64,000 nucleotides of DNA. Origin: Escherichia coli. GTDB taxonomy: Bacteria > Pseudomonadota > Gammaproteobacteria > Enterobacterales > Enterobacteriaceae. Below are positions 47,899-59,981 of this stretch, piece by piece (the stretch's first letter is position 1; each line of letters starts with the position of its first letter). The notes beneath the pieces were generated by a model, which saw only the letters and a program-made list of their open reading frames with translations, did no database searches and was not told the DNA's origin. Position numbers and translations under genes: made by a program. The DNA is taken from assembly GCF_029227855.1 (NCBI RefSeq), contig NZ_CP074356.1; one strand, given 5' to 3'.

Positions 47899-50643
47899 GT
47901 GAATTTAACCCTGACCCGAAGACTCTGGATGGGCTTTGCCCTGATGGCGCTGTTAACCCTGACCAGTACCCTGGTGGGATGGTACAACCTGCGCTTTATC
48001 AGCCAGGTGGAAAAAGACAACACTCAGGCATTGATTCCTACCATGAATATGGCGCGCCAGTTGAGCGAAGCCAGCGCCTGGGAACTTTTCGCCGCGCAGA
48101 ACCTGACCAGTGCCGATAACGAAAAGATGTGGCAGGCGCAGGGGCGAATGCTCACCGCACAAAGCCTGAAGATTAATGCGTTGCTGCAAGCGTTACGGGA
48201 ACAAGGTTTTGATACCACCGCTATTGAACAACAGGAGCAGGAGATTTCCCGTTCGTTACGTCAACAAGGGGAGCTGGTGGGGCAGCGTTTGCAACTGCGC
48301 CAGCAACAACAGCAACTCAGTCAACAGATAGTCGCCGCCGCCGATGAAATCGCACGCCTGGCGCAAGGTCAGGCGAATAATGCGGCAACCTCCGCCGGAG
48401 CGACCCAGGCCGGGATTTACGATTTGATTGAACAACATCAGCGTCAGGCCGCAGAAAGTGCACTCGATCGGCTGATTGATATCGATCTTGAGTATGTTAA
48501 CCAGATGAATGAACTGCGCCTTAGCGCCCTGCGGGTGCAGCAAATGGTGATGAATCTGGGGCTGGAACAGATCCAGAAAAATGCGCCAACGCTGGAAAAG
48601 CAGCTCAATAATGCGGTGAAAATTCTGCAACGTCGGCAAATACGCATTGAAGATCCGGGAGTTCGTGCGCAGGTCGCAACAACGTTAACTACCGTTAGCC
48701 AATATAGCGATCTGCTGGCGCTGTTCCAGCAGGACAGTGAAATCAGCAATCACCTGCAAACTCTCGCCCAAAATAACATCGCCCAGTTCGCGCAGTTTAG
48801 TAGCGAAGTCAGTCAGCTGGTCGATACCATTGAGCTGCGTAATCAGCACGGACTGGCGCATCTGGAAAAAGCCAGTGCACGCGGGCAATACAGCCTGTTA
48901 TTGCTGGGAATAGTTTCTCTTTGCGCACTGATTCTGATCCTCTGGCGCGTGGTTTATCGCTCAGTCACGCGTCCACTTGCCGAACAAACGCAGGCGCTGC
49001 AACGGCTGCTGGACGGTGATATTGACTCCCCTTTCCCGGAAACCGCTGGCGTACGGGAGCTGGACACCATCGGGCGGCTGATGGATGCGTTTCGCAGCAG
49101 TGTTCATGCACTGAATCGCCACCGCGAACAGCTGGCGGCGCAGGTCAAAGCGCGTACAGCTGAATTGCAGGAACTGGTGATAGAACACCGACAGGCACGG
49201 GCGGAAGCAGAAAAAGCCAGCCAGGCAAAATCGGCGTTTCTGGCGGCGATGAGTCATGAGATCCGCACACCGCTGTACGGTATTCTCGGCACCGCACAGC
49301 TGCTGGCAGATAACCCCGCACTTAACGCCCAGCGCGATGATTTGCGCGCAATTACTGACTCTGGTGAATCGTTGCTGACCATCCTCAACGATATTCTCGA
49401 TTATTCGGCTATCGAAGCAGGCGGCAAGAATGTTTCGGTCAGCGATGAACCCTTTGAACCGCGCCCGCTGCTGGAAAGTACCCTGCAATTAATGAGCGGA
49501 CGGGTGAAAGGTCGCCCGATTCACCTGGCAACAGCAATTGCCGACGATGTACCGACTGCGTTAATGGGCGATCCGCGGCGTATTCGTCAGGTCATTACCA
49601 ACCTGTTGAGCAACGCCCTGCGTTTCACCGACGAAGGGCACATTATCCTGCGTAGTCGCACTGATGGCGAACAATGGCTGGTCGAAGTGGAAGACAGCGG
49701 CTGCGGTATTGATCCCACGAAACTGGCTGAAATCTTCCAGCCATTTGTTCAGGTTAGCGGCAAACGCGGCGGCACCGGGCTGGGGCTGACCATCAGTAGC
49801 CGTCTGGCCCAGGCGATGGGCGGCGAACTGAGCGCCACCAGCACGCCGGAAGTTGGAAGCTGTTTTTGTTTACGCTTGCCGTTACGTGTTGCCACTGCTC
49901 CCGTGCCAAAAACAGTCAATCAGGCGGTGCGTCTGGACGGTTTACGTTTGCTGTTAATTGAAGATAACCCGCTAACCCAACGAATTACCGTCGAGATGCT
50001 GAACACCAGTGGGGCGCAGGTCGTTGCGGTAGGAAATGCCGCACACGCGATAGAGACGTTGCAAAATAGCGAACCGTTTGCTGCCGCACTGGTGGATTTT
50101 GATCTGCCCGATATCGACGGCATTACGCTTGCCCGGCAACTGGCACAGCAATATCCGTCGCTGGTTTTGATTGGCTTTAGCGCTCATGTCATCGACGAAA
50201 CGTTGCGCCAGCGTACCAGTTCATTATTTCGCGGGATTATCCCTAAACCGGTGCCGCGTGAAGTGCTCGGTCAGTTACTGGCGCACTATCTCCAACTGCA
50301 AGTCAATAACGATCAACCGCTGGATGTATCGCAACTCAATGAAGATGCTCAGTTGATGGGGACGGAGAAGATCCACGAATGGCTGATATTATTTAAACAA
50401 CATGCCCTGCCGCTTCTCGATGAAATCGACATTGCCCGCGCCAGCCAGAACAGCGAAAAAATAAAGCGTGCCGCACATCAGCTAAAAAGCAGTTGCACGA
50501 GTCTGGGAATGCGTAGCGCCAGCCAGCTTTGCGCACAACTGGAGCAGCAGCCATTATCTGCCCCCCTTCCACACGAAGAAATTACACGCAGTGTTGCCGC
50601 TCTGGAAGCATGGTTGAATAAGAAAGACCTGAACGCGATTTGA
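47899..50643 (+). CDS. torS: Hybrid sensor kinase TorS
   Basis: ORF 47692..50643; probable GTG start at 47899 ([16 protein letters not shown], 914 aa); HisKA (SHEIRTP), HATPase, receiver and HPt domains. Confidence 0.9.
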   Translation: MNLTLTRRLWMGFALMALLTLTSTLVGWYNLRFISQVEKDNTQALIPTMNMARQLSEASAWELFAAQNLTSADNEKMWQAQGRMLTAQSLKINALLQALREQGFDTTAIEQQEQEISRSLRQQGELVGQRLQLRQQQQQLSQQIVAAADEIARLAQGQANNAATSAGATQAGIYDLIEQHQRQAAESALDRLIDIDLEYVNQMNELRLSALRVQQMVMNLGLEQIQKNAPTLEKQLNNAVKILQRRQIRIEDPGVRAQVATTLTTVSQYSDLLALFQQDSEISNHLQTLAQNNIAQFAQFSSEVSQLVDTIELRNQHGLAHLEKASARGQYSLLLLGIVSLCALILILWRVVYRSVTRPLAEQTQALQRLLDGDIDSPFPETAGVRELDTIGRLMDAFRSSVHALNRHREQLAAQVKARTAELQELVIEHRQARAEAEKASQAKSAFLAAMSHEIRTPLYGILGTAQLLADNPALNAQRDDLRAITDSGESLLTILNDILDYSAIEAGGKNVSVSDEPFEPRPLLESTLQLMSGRVKGRPIHLATAIADDVPTALMGDPRRIRQVITNLLSNALRFTDEGHIILRSRTDGEQWLVEVEDSGCGIDPTKLAEIFQPFVQVSGKRGGTGLGLTISSRLAQAMGGELSATSTPEVGSCFCLRLPLRVATAPVPKTVNQAVRLDGLRLLLIEDNPLTQRITVEMLNTSGAQVVAVGNAAHAIETLQNSEPFAAALVDFDLPDIDGITLARQLAQQYPSLVLIGFSAHVIDETLRQRTSSLFRGIIPKPVPREVLGQLLAHYLQLQVNNDQPLDVSQLNEDAQLMGTEKIHEWLILFKQHALPLLDEIDIARASQNSEKIKRAAHQLKSSCTSLGMRSASQLCAQLEQQPLSAPLPHEEITRSVAALEAWLNKKDLNAI

Positions 50644-50714
50644 ATCAATATCAGCCAGTTAAGAACAACTAGAATAGTGGCATTTGGTATGCAACTTAAC
50701 AGACTGGCAAAATC

Positions 50715-51788
50715 ATGACAGAGAAAAGAAGAACCCGCTGGCAGCGGCGGCCAGGCACGACGGGCGGCAAATTACCGTGGAATGACTGGCGCAATGCCAC
50801 GACCTGGCGTAAAGCGACGCAATTATTGCTGTTGGCAATGAATATTTATATTGCCATCACGTTCTGGTATTGGGTGCGCTATTACGAAACGGCAGGTAGT
50901 ACAACATTTGTCGCCAGACCGGGAGGTATCGAAGGCTGGCTACCGATTGCCGGTCTGATGAATCTGAAATATAGCCTTGCAACAGGTCAGTTACCGTCCG
51001 TCCACGCCGCCACGATGCTGTTATTGGTCGCTTTTATCGTCATCAGTCTATTACTCAAAAAGGCCTTTTGTTCATGGTTATGCCCGGTTGGTACGCTTTC
51101 TGAATTAATCGGCGATCTCGGTAACAAACTGTTTGGTCGGCAATGTGTCCTTCCCCGCTGGCTGGATATTCCTCTGCGCGGCGTGAAGTATTTGCTGTTG
51201 AGTTTTTTTCTCTATATTGCGTTATTGATGCCCGCTCAGGCGATTCACTATTTTATGTTGTCGCCCTACAGCGTGGTGATGGACGTTAAAATGCTCGATT
51301 TCTTTCGTCATATGGGGACCGCGACATTAATCAGCGTGACCGTTTTGCTGATTGCCAGCCTGTTTATTCGCCATGCCTGGTGTCGTTATCTTTGCCCATA
51401 TGGCGCGCTGATGGGCGTGGTTTCGCTATTATCGCCGTTTAAGATTCGTCGCAATGCCGAAAGTTGTATCGACTGTGGCAAATGCGCAAAAAATTGCCCA
51501 TCACGGATCCCGGTAGATAAATTAATTCAGGTACGAACAGTGGAATGTACCGGCTGTATGACTTGCGTAGAGTCATGTCCGGTAGCCTCAACATTGACCT
51601 TTTCACTGCAAAAACCTGCGGCAAATAAAAAAGCCTTTGCGTTGTCTGGCTGGTTAATGACGCTACTGGTTCTGGGGATTATGTTTGCGGTGATTGGTTA
51701 CGCAATGTATGCGGGAGTATGGCAAAGCCCGGTGCCGCAGGAATTGTACCGACGCTTAATTCCGCAAGCGCCAATGATTGGTCACTAA
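50715..51788 (+). CDS. yccM: Membrane 4Fe-4S ferredoxin-type protein YccM (NapH/MauN-like)
   Basis: 357 aa; CxxCxxCxxxCP clusters (CIDCGKCAKNCP, CTGCMTCVESCP). Confidence 0.88.
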   Translation: MTEKRRTRWQRRPGTTGGKLPWNDWRNATTWRKATQLLLLAMNIYIAITFWYWVRYYETAGSTTFVARPGGIEGWLPIAGLMNLKYSLATGQLPSVHAATMLLLVAFIVISLLLKKAFCSWLCPVGTLSELIGDLGNKLFGRQCVLPRWLDIPLRGVKYLLLSFFLYIALLMPAQAIHYFMLSPYSVVMDVKMLDFFRHMGTATLISVTVLLIASLFIRHAWCRYLCPYGALMGVVSLLSPFKIRRNAESCIDCGKCAKNCPSRIPVDKLIQVRTVECTGCMTCVESCPVASTLTFSLQKPAANKKAFALSGWLMTLLVLGIMFAVIGYAMYAGVWQSPVPQELYRRLIPQAPMIGH

Positions 51789-51800
51789 ATTAGCAACAAG

Positions 51801-51836
51801 CGGAACATCACCTCGCACGGGGTGATGTTCACAAAA
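51801..51836. terminator. Bidirectional hairpin between yccM and gnsA
   Basis: cggaacatcacctcgcacggggtgatgttcac. Confidence 0.6.
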
Positions 51837-52010
51837 TCACATTATTTTGATTTTGACATCATAACTTTCAAGCCCGGTCATTTTTTCCCGTGCGGTGAAG
51901 CGAATTTCAGAGACTTCTTTCCCTGTATTCTTGTTCAGCTCGGCGATTTTTTGCGCGATAAAGTCGGCGATTTCCGTTTCGGCTTGTTTTTTTAACTCTT
52001 CAATATTCAC
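51837..52010 (-). CDS. gnsA: GnsA (57-aa suppressor protein)
   Basis: Minus-strand translation VNIEELKKQAETEIADFIAQKIAELNKNTGKEVSEIRFTAREKMTGLESYDVKIKIM; apparent GTG start preceded by GAGG; below the ORF-track length cut-off. Confidence 0.8.
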   Translation of the reverse strand: MNIEELKKQAETEIADFIAQKIAELNKNTGKEVSEIRFTAREKMTGLESYDVKIKIM

Positions 52011-52230
52011 TGTTAACCTCGTCTGGTCTTGAAAGACAGCAACACGCCAGTAAGGTGTTGGTTCCCGGTACCCTGGTCAGGTAAGAAATGTTATAAGCCA
52101 TCTCCCCGAAAGATTCAATAATCAACAGGTTATCGCTTACTATACATACAGCGTTGAAGAAAAATAAGGCAGATATAAAAAAGGCTCCACGAGGGAGCCT
52201 GATATTATTTTGTGAAATCCAGCGGCGCAT
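52000..52230 (-). CDS. ymcE: Small hydrophobic protein, probable YmcE
   Basis: ORF 52000..52263; 76-aa product from MRRWISQNNIRLPRG with hydrophobic core; position between cspG and gnsA. Confidence 0.55.
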   Translation of the reverse strand: MRRWISQNNIRLPRGAFFISALFFFNAVCIVSDNLLIIESFGEMAYNISYLTRVPGTNTLLACCCLSRPDEVNSEY

Positions 52231-52403
52231 GCTCAGTGCGTATTTGCAGCGCGACGTTATCAAAGGTGATCATCGTCGATTTACAAAAAATACACTTTGC
52301 CCCTAAAGGATTTCGCTCCGTCACATCGAATGCCGATGTGCGGTACTGTGAACCATGACAACATGGACAGCGGAAATGGAGATGTTGAGTAATAACGGCA
52401 ACC

Positions 52404-52616
52404 TTAGAGCGTAACAACGTTCGCTGCCGCGGGACCACGTTGCCCCTGCTCAATAGAAAATTCAACTTTCTGATTTTCGTTCAGCGTGCGGAATTCATTG
52501 CTCTGGATGGCGGTGAAATGGACGAAAACGTCTTTGCTGCCATCATCAGGAGTGATAAAGCCAAAACCTTTATCTGCGTTAAACCATTTTACTAAACCAG
52601 TCATTTTATTAGACAT
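52404..52616 (-). CDS. cspG: Cold-shock protein CspG
   Basis: 70 aa; [21 protein letters not shown] cold-shock domain. Confidence 0.93.
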   Translation of the reverse strand: MSNKMTGLVKWFNADKGFGFITPDDGSKDVFVHFTAIQSNEFRTLNENQKVEFSIEQGQRGPAAANVVTL

Positions 52617-52901
52617 ATTTTACTTCCTTCATTTTGGGCCTTTCGGCAAACAGGGCTTTAATACAGAAACTACTTAGTGTTCAGGAGAGAGACTCAAAAG
52701 AAGGGGATAATGCCTGATAATGAGAACTGCTTTATTAAACTACTTTGTATGCTGTCTGTCTTTCAAACCGACGCAGCTATTAACGCATGATAATTGAGAT
52801 TAAGCAAATTTTATTTTAGCCGTCCGGCGGTCTTAAATATCGCTGGCTTTATTTTATTAACCCCGTATAGTGCAGCGCAGTATTTTCAGTAAGGAATTTG
52901 T

Positions 52902-53114
52902 TTGTCCCGTAAAATGACAGGAATTGTCAAAACCTTTGATCGCAAAAGCGGCAAAGGATTCATTATCCCCTCCGACGGTCGTAAAGAAGTCCAGGTCCAT
53001 ATTTCCGCATTCACTCCCCGCGACGCAGAAGTGCTTATACCAGGATTACGCGTGGAATTTTGCCGCGTAAATGGCCTGCGAGGACCAACAGCGGCAAATG
53101 TTTATTTGTCTTGA
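52902..53114 (+). CDS. cspH: Cold-shock-like protein CspH
   Basis: 70 aa; [21 protein letters not shown]; divergent from cspG. Confidence 0.9.
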
Positions 53115-54412
53115 TGGAGAGCGCACGCCGGTATGCGTGCTTCATTCACGATTTGCGTAAAACCGGCCAACGAACACATGCCCTGCGCGTTTCGCTCTTC
53201 ACATCCTGCCAGGGTCAGTTTCACCTCTCCGGGCGGCGTATTTAATGACAGCGGCGTTTTATCACGCATCTGCTGTAAAGTCTGGAAGACCAGCGAAACC
53301 TGAATCCAATGGCTGTTATCGCTTAGCCGACGCCAGCGTTCAAACACCAGTTCACCACCTGGCGGTGTGTTATCCGGCTGACCTGGAAGCGTCCAGTTGA
53401 GCTCCAGTGCGCCGCCGAGATTTGCCAGATTAGTATCGTGTCCGGCGATAAACAGCACTGAAGTGGGTAATGTCACACCATACACCTGTTTTTGCGGTGG
53501 ATGGGGCATCAACGCTGTCATGATCAAATCCAACAACGGGGTGGCACGACTGCGGGCAACCTCTGGCGTGCGTTGTAGCAAATAAAACTGCGCGTTATGC
53601 AGGCTTAGCAAGGTGTTCCACTGGTGTGAATCGGTGATCCTTCCCCACCCCGGCTCCGGCATTCCCTGTGCTTGTTGCAGGAGAAATATCTCCGTCAGCA
53701 TTGATGCGAGGCTTACCGCACCGGTTAATGAGACATTGTCGGCGCTCACCTTGAGTTCCGATGGTAATGCCTGCGTTAATGAACAGCTTTCGTCCTGTTT
53801 CTCACGGTTAAGGCACAAGTTTGATTGCGGGAAATTAAGCACCCGTTCCAGTTCACGAAACGCCGTTTGCCGATGCCCGGTAAAGTCAGCAATTGACCCT
53901 CCTGCCCTGCTGAGGATCGCGCCAGTCACGTTCGCGTTATCCAGTTGGCAAACGCCAGTTTTTAGAGGATTAAATAACGGATCGGGACTGGAGGTATCTG
54001 CCTGGGTATGTACGCTTATTGCACAGTCAGGTGCCAGCCCGGCGGCGAAGGCTTCGCCTGTTTTACGGGTACGCTCGTCGACATCAGCAATAATCGCGAC
54101 CTGACCAGGCTGCGGGCAGCCCTTTTTCGTCAGCAATCCGTCGGCTACCAGACGCTGGCGTTGGTAATGTCCGAGATAGGCGATCAGCTCACCACCGCGC
54201 GGTGTCAGCCAACCCAGTTTTACCGGCCAGGTTGGCCATGCGTCTGGGGTGACATCCTGCATCAGTTGCGTGGCCTTGGTTGGTGCACGCACACCATGAC
54301 GACTGACAATCACCACACTTTCCAGCTTCAGCTCCGGCTCACTCTGAGCGAATGCAGATTGCGGGGTGAACGGAATCAGAAGAGATAAAAATGGGATCAA
54401 GATCGCTTTCAT
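53102..54412 (-). CDS. appA: Periplasmic phytase / acid phosphatase AppA
   Basis: ORF 53102..54442; start [14 protein letters not shown] (signal peptide); RHGVRAP motif. Confidence 0.93.
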
Positions 54413-54491
54413 CGATATGTTTCCGCTTTTCATATCCGACATTATTGATTGCCTGATACGACGCTAATGCGCCGCATCAGACTTACGTTCG

Positions 54492-54584
54492 TTAACTTTT
54501 CAGACGCGGGTCCAACCATACCAACACAAGGGTGGAGAGCGAACACATCAACAAAATGCCGACGAACCAAAGTAAATACCACAT
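54492..54584 (-). CDS. appX: Small membrane protein AppX (cytochrome bd-II accessory subunit)
   Basis: Minus-strand 30-aa ORF MWYLLWFVGILLMCSLSTLVLVWLDPRLKS between appB and appA; below ORF-track length cut-off. Confidence 0.8.
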   Translation of the reverse strand: MWYLLWFVGILLMCSLSTLVLVWLDPRLKS

Positions 54585-54596
54585 TGTTCCTGCTCC

Positions 54597-55733
54597 TTAG
54601 TACAACTCGTTTTCGTTACGGCGGAGAGTTTCTGTTGTCATGCGCCCCCACATTTTGTAGTAGCTCCAGAGAGTGTAGAGCAACACAATGGGCAAAAATA
54701 TCAGCACGATTACCAACATAATGCTCAGCGTCAGCTGGCTGGAAGTGCTGTCCCACAACGTCAGGCTGGAGATCGGACTCACGCTTGACGGCATGACAAA
54801 GGGGAACAGCGTGATGCCTGCCGTGAAAATCACGCCAAATTGCATCAATGACGCCATCAAAAATCCCCAACCCGGGCGACCACGATAAATCGCCATCACC
54901 GTCAGCAATGGGCAGAAGAACCCCAGCAGCGGGAAGATCCACAGAACGGGCGATTCGACGAAATTATTCATCCAGGCACCAGGTAGCACTGCCACCAGTT
55001 TCATTAACGGATTGGAAGGACCGTTAGCATCCTGGGCGAGCAGTACAAAGCCATCAATACCGACCCACAGCCAGTAACCCGCCAGCAAAAAGCACAGCAT
55101 CACCAACAGTGCAGCCCGTTTAGTCGCCAGCTGTGAACGCAGATGAATCACACCAACAGTTTTCAGTTGTAACCAGACGCCACCTTGCAAAATCACCATT
55201 CCAAGGCTGAGCAATCCGCACAATAAAGGGAATGGCGTCAGCAGTTGCCAAAAGCTGCCGAGATATTCCACGCGTAATTGCGGTGTGAAGGCAAAAGGCA
55301 CGCCGAGCAGCAAGTTGCCGAAGGCAATACCGAAGACTACCGGCGGCACCAGACTGCCGATGACCAGTCCGGCATCCCACATTTTACGCCAGCGTGCATC
55401 GGCGATTTTTCCGCGATAATCAAAGGCCAGCGGGCGGAAGAATAGCGAGCACAGCACCAGAATCATCGCCACATAAAAGCCGGAAAACGCCGCTGCATAA
55501 ACTCTGGGCCAGGCGGCAAATAATGCCCCACCTGCGAGGATTAACCAGACCTGATTGCCTTCCCAGTGCGCGCCAACGCTGTTTATCACTATCCGGCGTT
55601 CATCATCATTACGCGCCACCAGAGGCAGCAGACAGCCGATCCCCATGTCAAATCCGTCGGAGATCATAAAGACCACCAGGATCACGCCAATCAGCAGCCA
55701 CCAGATGAAGCGCAATGTTTCATAATCAAACAT
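54597..55733 (-). CDS. appB: Cytochrome bd-II ubiquinol oxidase subunit II
   Basis: 378 aa polytopic membrane protein downstream of appC. Confidence 0.92.
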
Positions 55734-55744
55734 GATTTTCTCCT

Positions 55745-57289
55745 TTACCCCTGTTGCTGCGTCGGTTGTTCACTCTGCATCGCGCTCGGCCCCAGACGGG
55801 CATATTTCTGCATCAGGTAGACTTCGGCGATTAAGAACAGGGTGTAAAGCCCTACGATCATGATCAGTGAGAAAGCCAGTTGTCCTGTGGTTAAGGCGGA
55901 GTGCGCGGAGTATGTCGGTAAGATGTCCTGTATCGCCCACGGCTGACGACCAAACTCGGTCATAAACCACCCGGCTTCAATCGCAATCCACGGCAGCGGC
56001 AAACTCCAGAGCGCCATTTTCAGCACCCAGCGATGCTGGTCGATTTTGCCACGCAGCGTCTGGACAAGCGCAATAAGCATCACCAGTAGCAGCAGGGAAC
56101 CACAGCCCACCATGATGCGGAAACTCCAGAATACCGGCGCAACCTGAGGTATCGCGCCACGCATCGCCGCCTGGTACTGTGCGGCTGTGACATGATTCAT
56201 ATCCGGCGCATAGCGGGAGAGCAACATGCCGTAACCAAGGTCGCCTTCCAGCTCCCGAAATGCCTGCAACACATGCGGCTCACGATTGCCTTGCGATATT
56301 TCCTGCATTAACAGCCAGGCCATACGTCCGCGTTGCAAGCGTGGGTAGGTTTCAGCCATCAAATTCTTCAGACCCGGCACGGGCTTATCTAATGAGTGAG
56401 TGGCGAGGATCCCTAGCAGCGCGGGAATTTTGATAGCAAAGGCGTTACGCTCTTGATCCTGTTCCGGCCAGGCAACCACATGGAACGGTGCAGGTGCAGG
56501 TTCCGTTTGCCATTCCCCTTCCATCGCCGCCAGTTTTACCGGTTGTACTTGCGCGACTTCATACGCAGAACTGTCTCCGAGTTGCAGCGTGCCGATAATC
56601 GCCAGAGTACCGAAGACGGAACCGATGGCAAACGAGCGTAATGCGACATCGCGCTCCCGTCCGCGCAGTAAATACCAGGCGCTGATCGCCATAATAAACA
56701 TGGCCCCGGTCACGTAGCCCGCCATTACGGTGTGCACAAATTTCACCTGGCTGACCGGGTTAAAGACCAGCTCGCTGAAACTGGTCATCTCCATACGCAG
56801 GGTGTCGATATCAAAATGCGCACCGGTCGGGTATTGCATCCAACCGTTGGCATTCAATATCCACAATGCAGAGAGATTTGAACCGAACGCCACCAGCCAC
56901 GTCACCAGCAGGTGCTGGTATTTATTCAGCCGCTGCCAGCCGAAGAAGAACAGCCCGACAAAGGTGGATTCGAGGAAGAAGGCCATTAATGCTTCCATCG
57001 CCAGCGGTGCGCCAAAAATATCGCCCACATAGTTGGAATAGAATGACCAGTTAGTACCAAACTGAAACTCCATGGTCAGGCCGGTAGCCACGCCAAGAGC
57101 AAAGTTGATACCGAAGAGCTTACCCCAGAAGCGCGTCATATCGCGGTAGATTGTTTTGCCGGTGACCACGTAAATGGTTTCCATGATAGCCAGCAAAAAA
57201 ATCAGCCCCAGGGTAAGGGGTACAAATAAAAAGTGATACAGCGCGGTCAGAGCAAACTGCCAGCGCGATAAATCAATGACATCCCACAT
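55745..57289 (-). CDS. appC: Cytochrome bd-II ubiquinol oxidase subunit I
   Basis: ORF 55745..57295; start [12 protein letters not shown] (514 aa). Confidence 0.92.
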
Positions 57290-57422
57290 GCGCACTCCTG
57301 TAGGCGAAGAGAGAAAAATAACCCGATAATGGTAGATCTCCCTCTTTATCCTGAAACTCTACGACCAGAGGTATTCGCCGATTGCGATATTCATAAGCCT
57401 GAAAGCGATACTTACCGTCTTT

Positions 57423-58280
57423 TTACGACGGTGCCCCTTCCGCCAGCCACTGACATACCTCACTAAGCCGCTGCGCAGAGTCGACCAAATCTTCTGGCGC
57501 TGCCAGAACCACTTCCGGTATCGGGCAGATTTCATAACTTTCCAGTAACGGGCCTTTTAAGGTGTCCGTACAGCGTAAATGCCAGACATGGCGTAACCCC
57601 GTGGCGTTGATATAGCTCTCGCCATAGCCAATGGTACGAATCTGAATATTTCCCGGCCCACAGAGACGTGAGAGAAAAAGCCGATCAGCCTCGCTGATGG
57701 GTAATTGCGTCAGATTAATGCTGTGCGGCTGCGCGTCGGGGTTACGTACATGCGCCAGTAACTCATGCGCCAACGGTAGGCCATTCATCAGGCCATCAAT
57801 GGGCGGCGGTAACAGCGAATCTGTCGGCAAGACGTTTTGCGTTGCCGCCTGCCACAATGCCAGCGGCGCGCAGCCAGCCTCCAGTTTGTCCTCCAGCAAC
57901 TTGTCGCCGCGACGTCTGCGCACCCGCCATAATCCGCAGAAGATCGCCTCCTGTATTTCACTTTCACTGTCGTCAGCCTGCTGCATGCGCACTGACACTT
58001 CCCCTTCCCCGAGAAGCGTATTGATAAAGTGACGATCGTCGGCGTTGAGATTTAACAGATCGACTGCCAGCACCTCGCCCAGCGGCGGCTGGCGCTCGCT
58101 TAGTTGATGTTGTAACTCGTTTAATAGCGCAATCACCTGCGGGCTGTGAGCACATTGCTCCAGGGCCGCCATACTCGGTTCATCATTCACCTGACAGGTG
58201 ATCGGCAGTGGATTCATGCTGAAACTGTCATCGTTCGGTTGCGTTCCTGGCCCCAGCAGATGGAAAAAAGTTTCGCTCAT
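57423..58280 (-). CDS. hyaF: Hydrogenase-1 operon protein HyaF
   Basis: ORF 57423..58340; start [12 protein letters not shown] (285 aa), overlapping hyaE stop. Confidence 0.88.
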   Translation of the reverse strand: MSETFFHLLGPGTQPNDDSFSMNPLPITCQVNDEPSMAALEQCAHSPQVIALLNELQHQLSERQPPLGEVLAVDLLNLNADDRHFINTLLGEGEVSVRMQQADDSESEIQEAIFCGLWRVRRRRGDKLLEDKLEAGCAPLALWQAATQNVLPTDSLLPPPIDGLMNGLPLAHELLAHVRNPDAQPHSINLTQLPISEADRLFLSRLCGPGNIQIRTIGYGESYINATGLRHVWHLRCTDTLKGPLLESYEICPIPEVVLAAPEDLVDSAQRLSEVCQWLAEGAPS

Positions 58281-58675
58281 GAGGCACGCTCCTGCTGCGG
58301 TTCGACAAGTCCGCGCATCAGGTTTATCAGTTCCGCCCACGGGTGAATACCATTCAGCACGCCGCGATAGTTTCCGCCGGTAAATACTAATGTGGCGGGA
58401 AAGCGAAAGACGCCAAAGCGATCGCCGATGGCTTCGCTCTGCTCAAGGTCAGCAATCGCTACCTGCCATGTATAGTCGGGAAACTCGCGCAGTAATTCGC
58501 CAATCATGACCGGGTTATCGCTGACTTCTGGCGTGCGTTTCGGGTCACTGCTTAATAACACCACGCCGTCTGGCGCTTGCGTAAGCCAGTCGTCGAGACG
58601 GGATTCACTGATCGGCGTCCAGCCACGCGCCAGCATTCGTTGCCACAACGCATTAAATGGTGTGTCGTTGCTCAT
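58277..58675 (-). CDS. hyaE: Hydrogenase-1 operon protein HyaE
   Basis: 132 aa; gene order. Confidence 0.88.
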   Translation of the reverse strand: MSNDTPFNALWQRMLARGWTPISESRLDDWLTQAPDGVVLLSSDPKRTPEVSDNPVMIGELLREFPDYTWQVAIADLEQSEAIGDRFGVFRFPATLVFTGGNYRGVLNGIHPWAELINLMRGLVEPQQERAS

Positions 58676-59259
58676 CCCTGTTCCTCCAGCCTCATCCTGT
58701 ACTGACGCAAGCGAACGCCTTCGTAATTTTCCATCGACAGACAGTCATAATTGAGACAGCGCGATTCATTAGCCGGTTGCGGCACAATTCCCCACGCAGC
58801 CAGCTGCGCCAGCGCCGATTGTTCCGCAGCGGGCAGTTGCTCCCGCGCCAGTTCGCTCAGGCTACCGCCGTAGTCGTCGAGCATTGCGGGTTGCAGACCG
58901 ACGAGGGCAATATGTGCTGGCAAATGACCACGTATATCCGCCAGCGCCAGCACTTCGGAGAAGCTGTTCTGGTGCAGGCTCATTTTCTTCGCGCTGAGAT
59001 AAGCCGGAATGCGTTCTCCGGCATAGGTTCGTAGCGTTCCGGGTTCCAGCCCGTAATCAATGGCATCGAGGATCAACAAGTGACTGGCGCTTTCGACATA
59101 CCCCAGCAAGTTCAGTCCCTGAGTACCGCCATCTACAATCTCCACATCCTCAGGCCAGTGGTAATGGGCATACAGCCGTTCCGCCACCCGCACGCCGAAG
59201 CCTTCATCGGCCCACAGCAGGTTGCCCAGCCCCATTACCACCACGCGTTGCTCACTCAT
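58672..59259 (-). CDS. hyaD: Hydrogenase-1 maturation endopeptidase HyaD
   Basis: 195 aa; [22 protein letters not shown]. Confidence 0.9.
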   Translation of the reverse strand: MSEQRVVVMGLGNLLWADEGFGVRVAERLYAHYHWPEDVEIVDGGTQGLNLLGYVESASHLLILDAIDYGLEPGTLRTYAGERIPAYLSAKKMSLHQNSFSEVLALADIRGHLPAHIALVGLQPAMLDDYGGSLSELAREQLPAAEQSALAQLAAWGIVPQPANESRCLNYDCLSMENYEGVRLRQYRMRLEEQG

Positions 59260-59963
59260 GAACGCTCCTTGTTACTTATTTTGCCAAATTTGTGGCTACG
59301 GTAGCCGTTGACCATGGTGGAGATCACCGTGTCGTCGGACATGATGTCTTCACGCAGCGCCATGTAGACATGACCTATCACAAACGCGCCAATCAGCCAC
59401 ATCCCCAGCCGATGCCAGCTGTGAATGTCCATTGAGTTGCCACCCGTCCAGTAGAAAAATTCCACCACATAACGGAACGGCGCAAAAATAGCGTACTGAC
59501 TATGTTCGCTGTACAGCGCAAAGCCGGTGACGATCATAAATAACGACATCAGGAAATAGCCGAACATCGCCGCCTGGGCGATGGGGTTATGGCCTATATC
59601 GGCACTCGGGCGTTTTGCCAGAAACAGATACCAGCGGATTTCATACCACACGCCCTGCCACCAGCTTTTGCGCCATACTGGCACGATAAACAGCTCGCGT
59701 GAGTAGCGATTGCCGACAAAAGCCCAGTAGATCCGCATCAGCAAGACCACGGTAAAAATCATCCCGGCGCTGAAGTGAATCAACCTGATATAGCCCATGT
59801 AGAACAGATACGTCGCCTCGCCGCTGACGGAAGGTAGCGGCTTGCCGATAAAGTATCCGGTGACCATCAACACCGCCATGCATAACACCGTCAGCCAGTG
59901 CCAGATACGAACTGGCGCTTCAAAGACATAGTGGCTGACAACGTTGTCGCTTTTCTGTTGCAT
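59256..59963 (-). CDS. hyaC: Hydrogenase-1 b-type cytochrome subunit HyaC
   Basis: 235 aa membrane protein. Confidence 0.9.
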   Translation of the reverse strand: MQQKSDNVVSHYVFEAPVRIWHWLTVLCMAVLMVTGYFIGKPLPSVSGEATYLFYMGYIRLIHFSAGMIFTVVLLMRIYWAFVGNRYSRELFIVPVWRKSWWQGVWYEIRWYLFLAKRPSADIGHNPIAQAAMFGYFLMSLFMIVTGFALYSEHSQYAIFAPFRYVVEFFYWTGGNSMDIHSWHRLGMWLIGAFVIGHVYMALREDIMSDDTVISTMVNGYRSHKFGKISNKERS

Positions 59964-59981
59964 GATGATTCTCCTTCGCTG

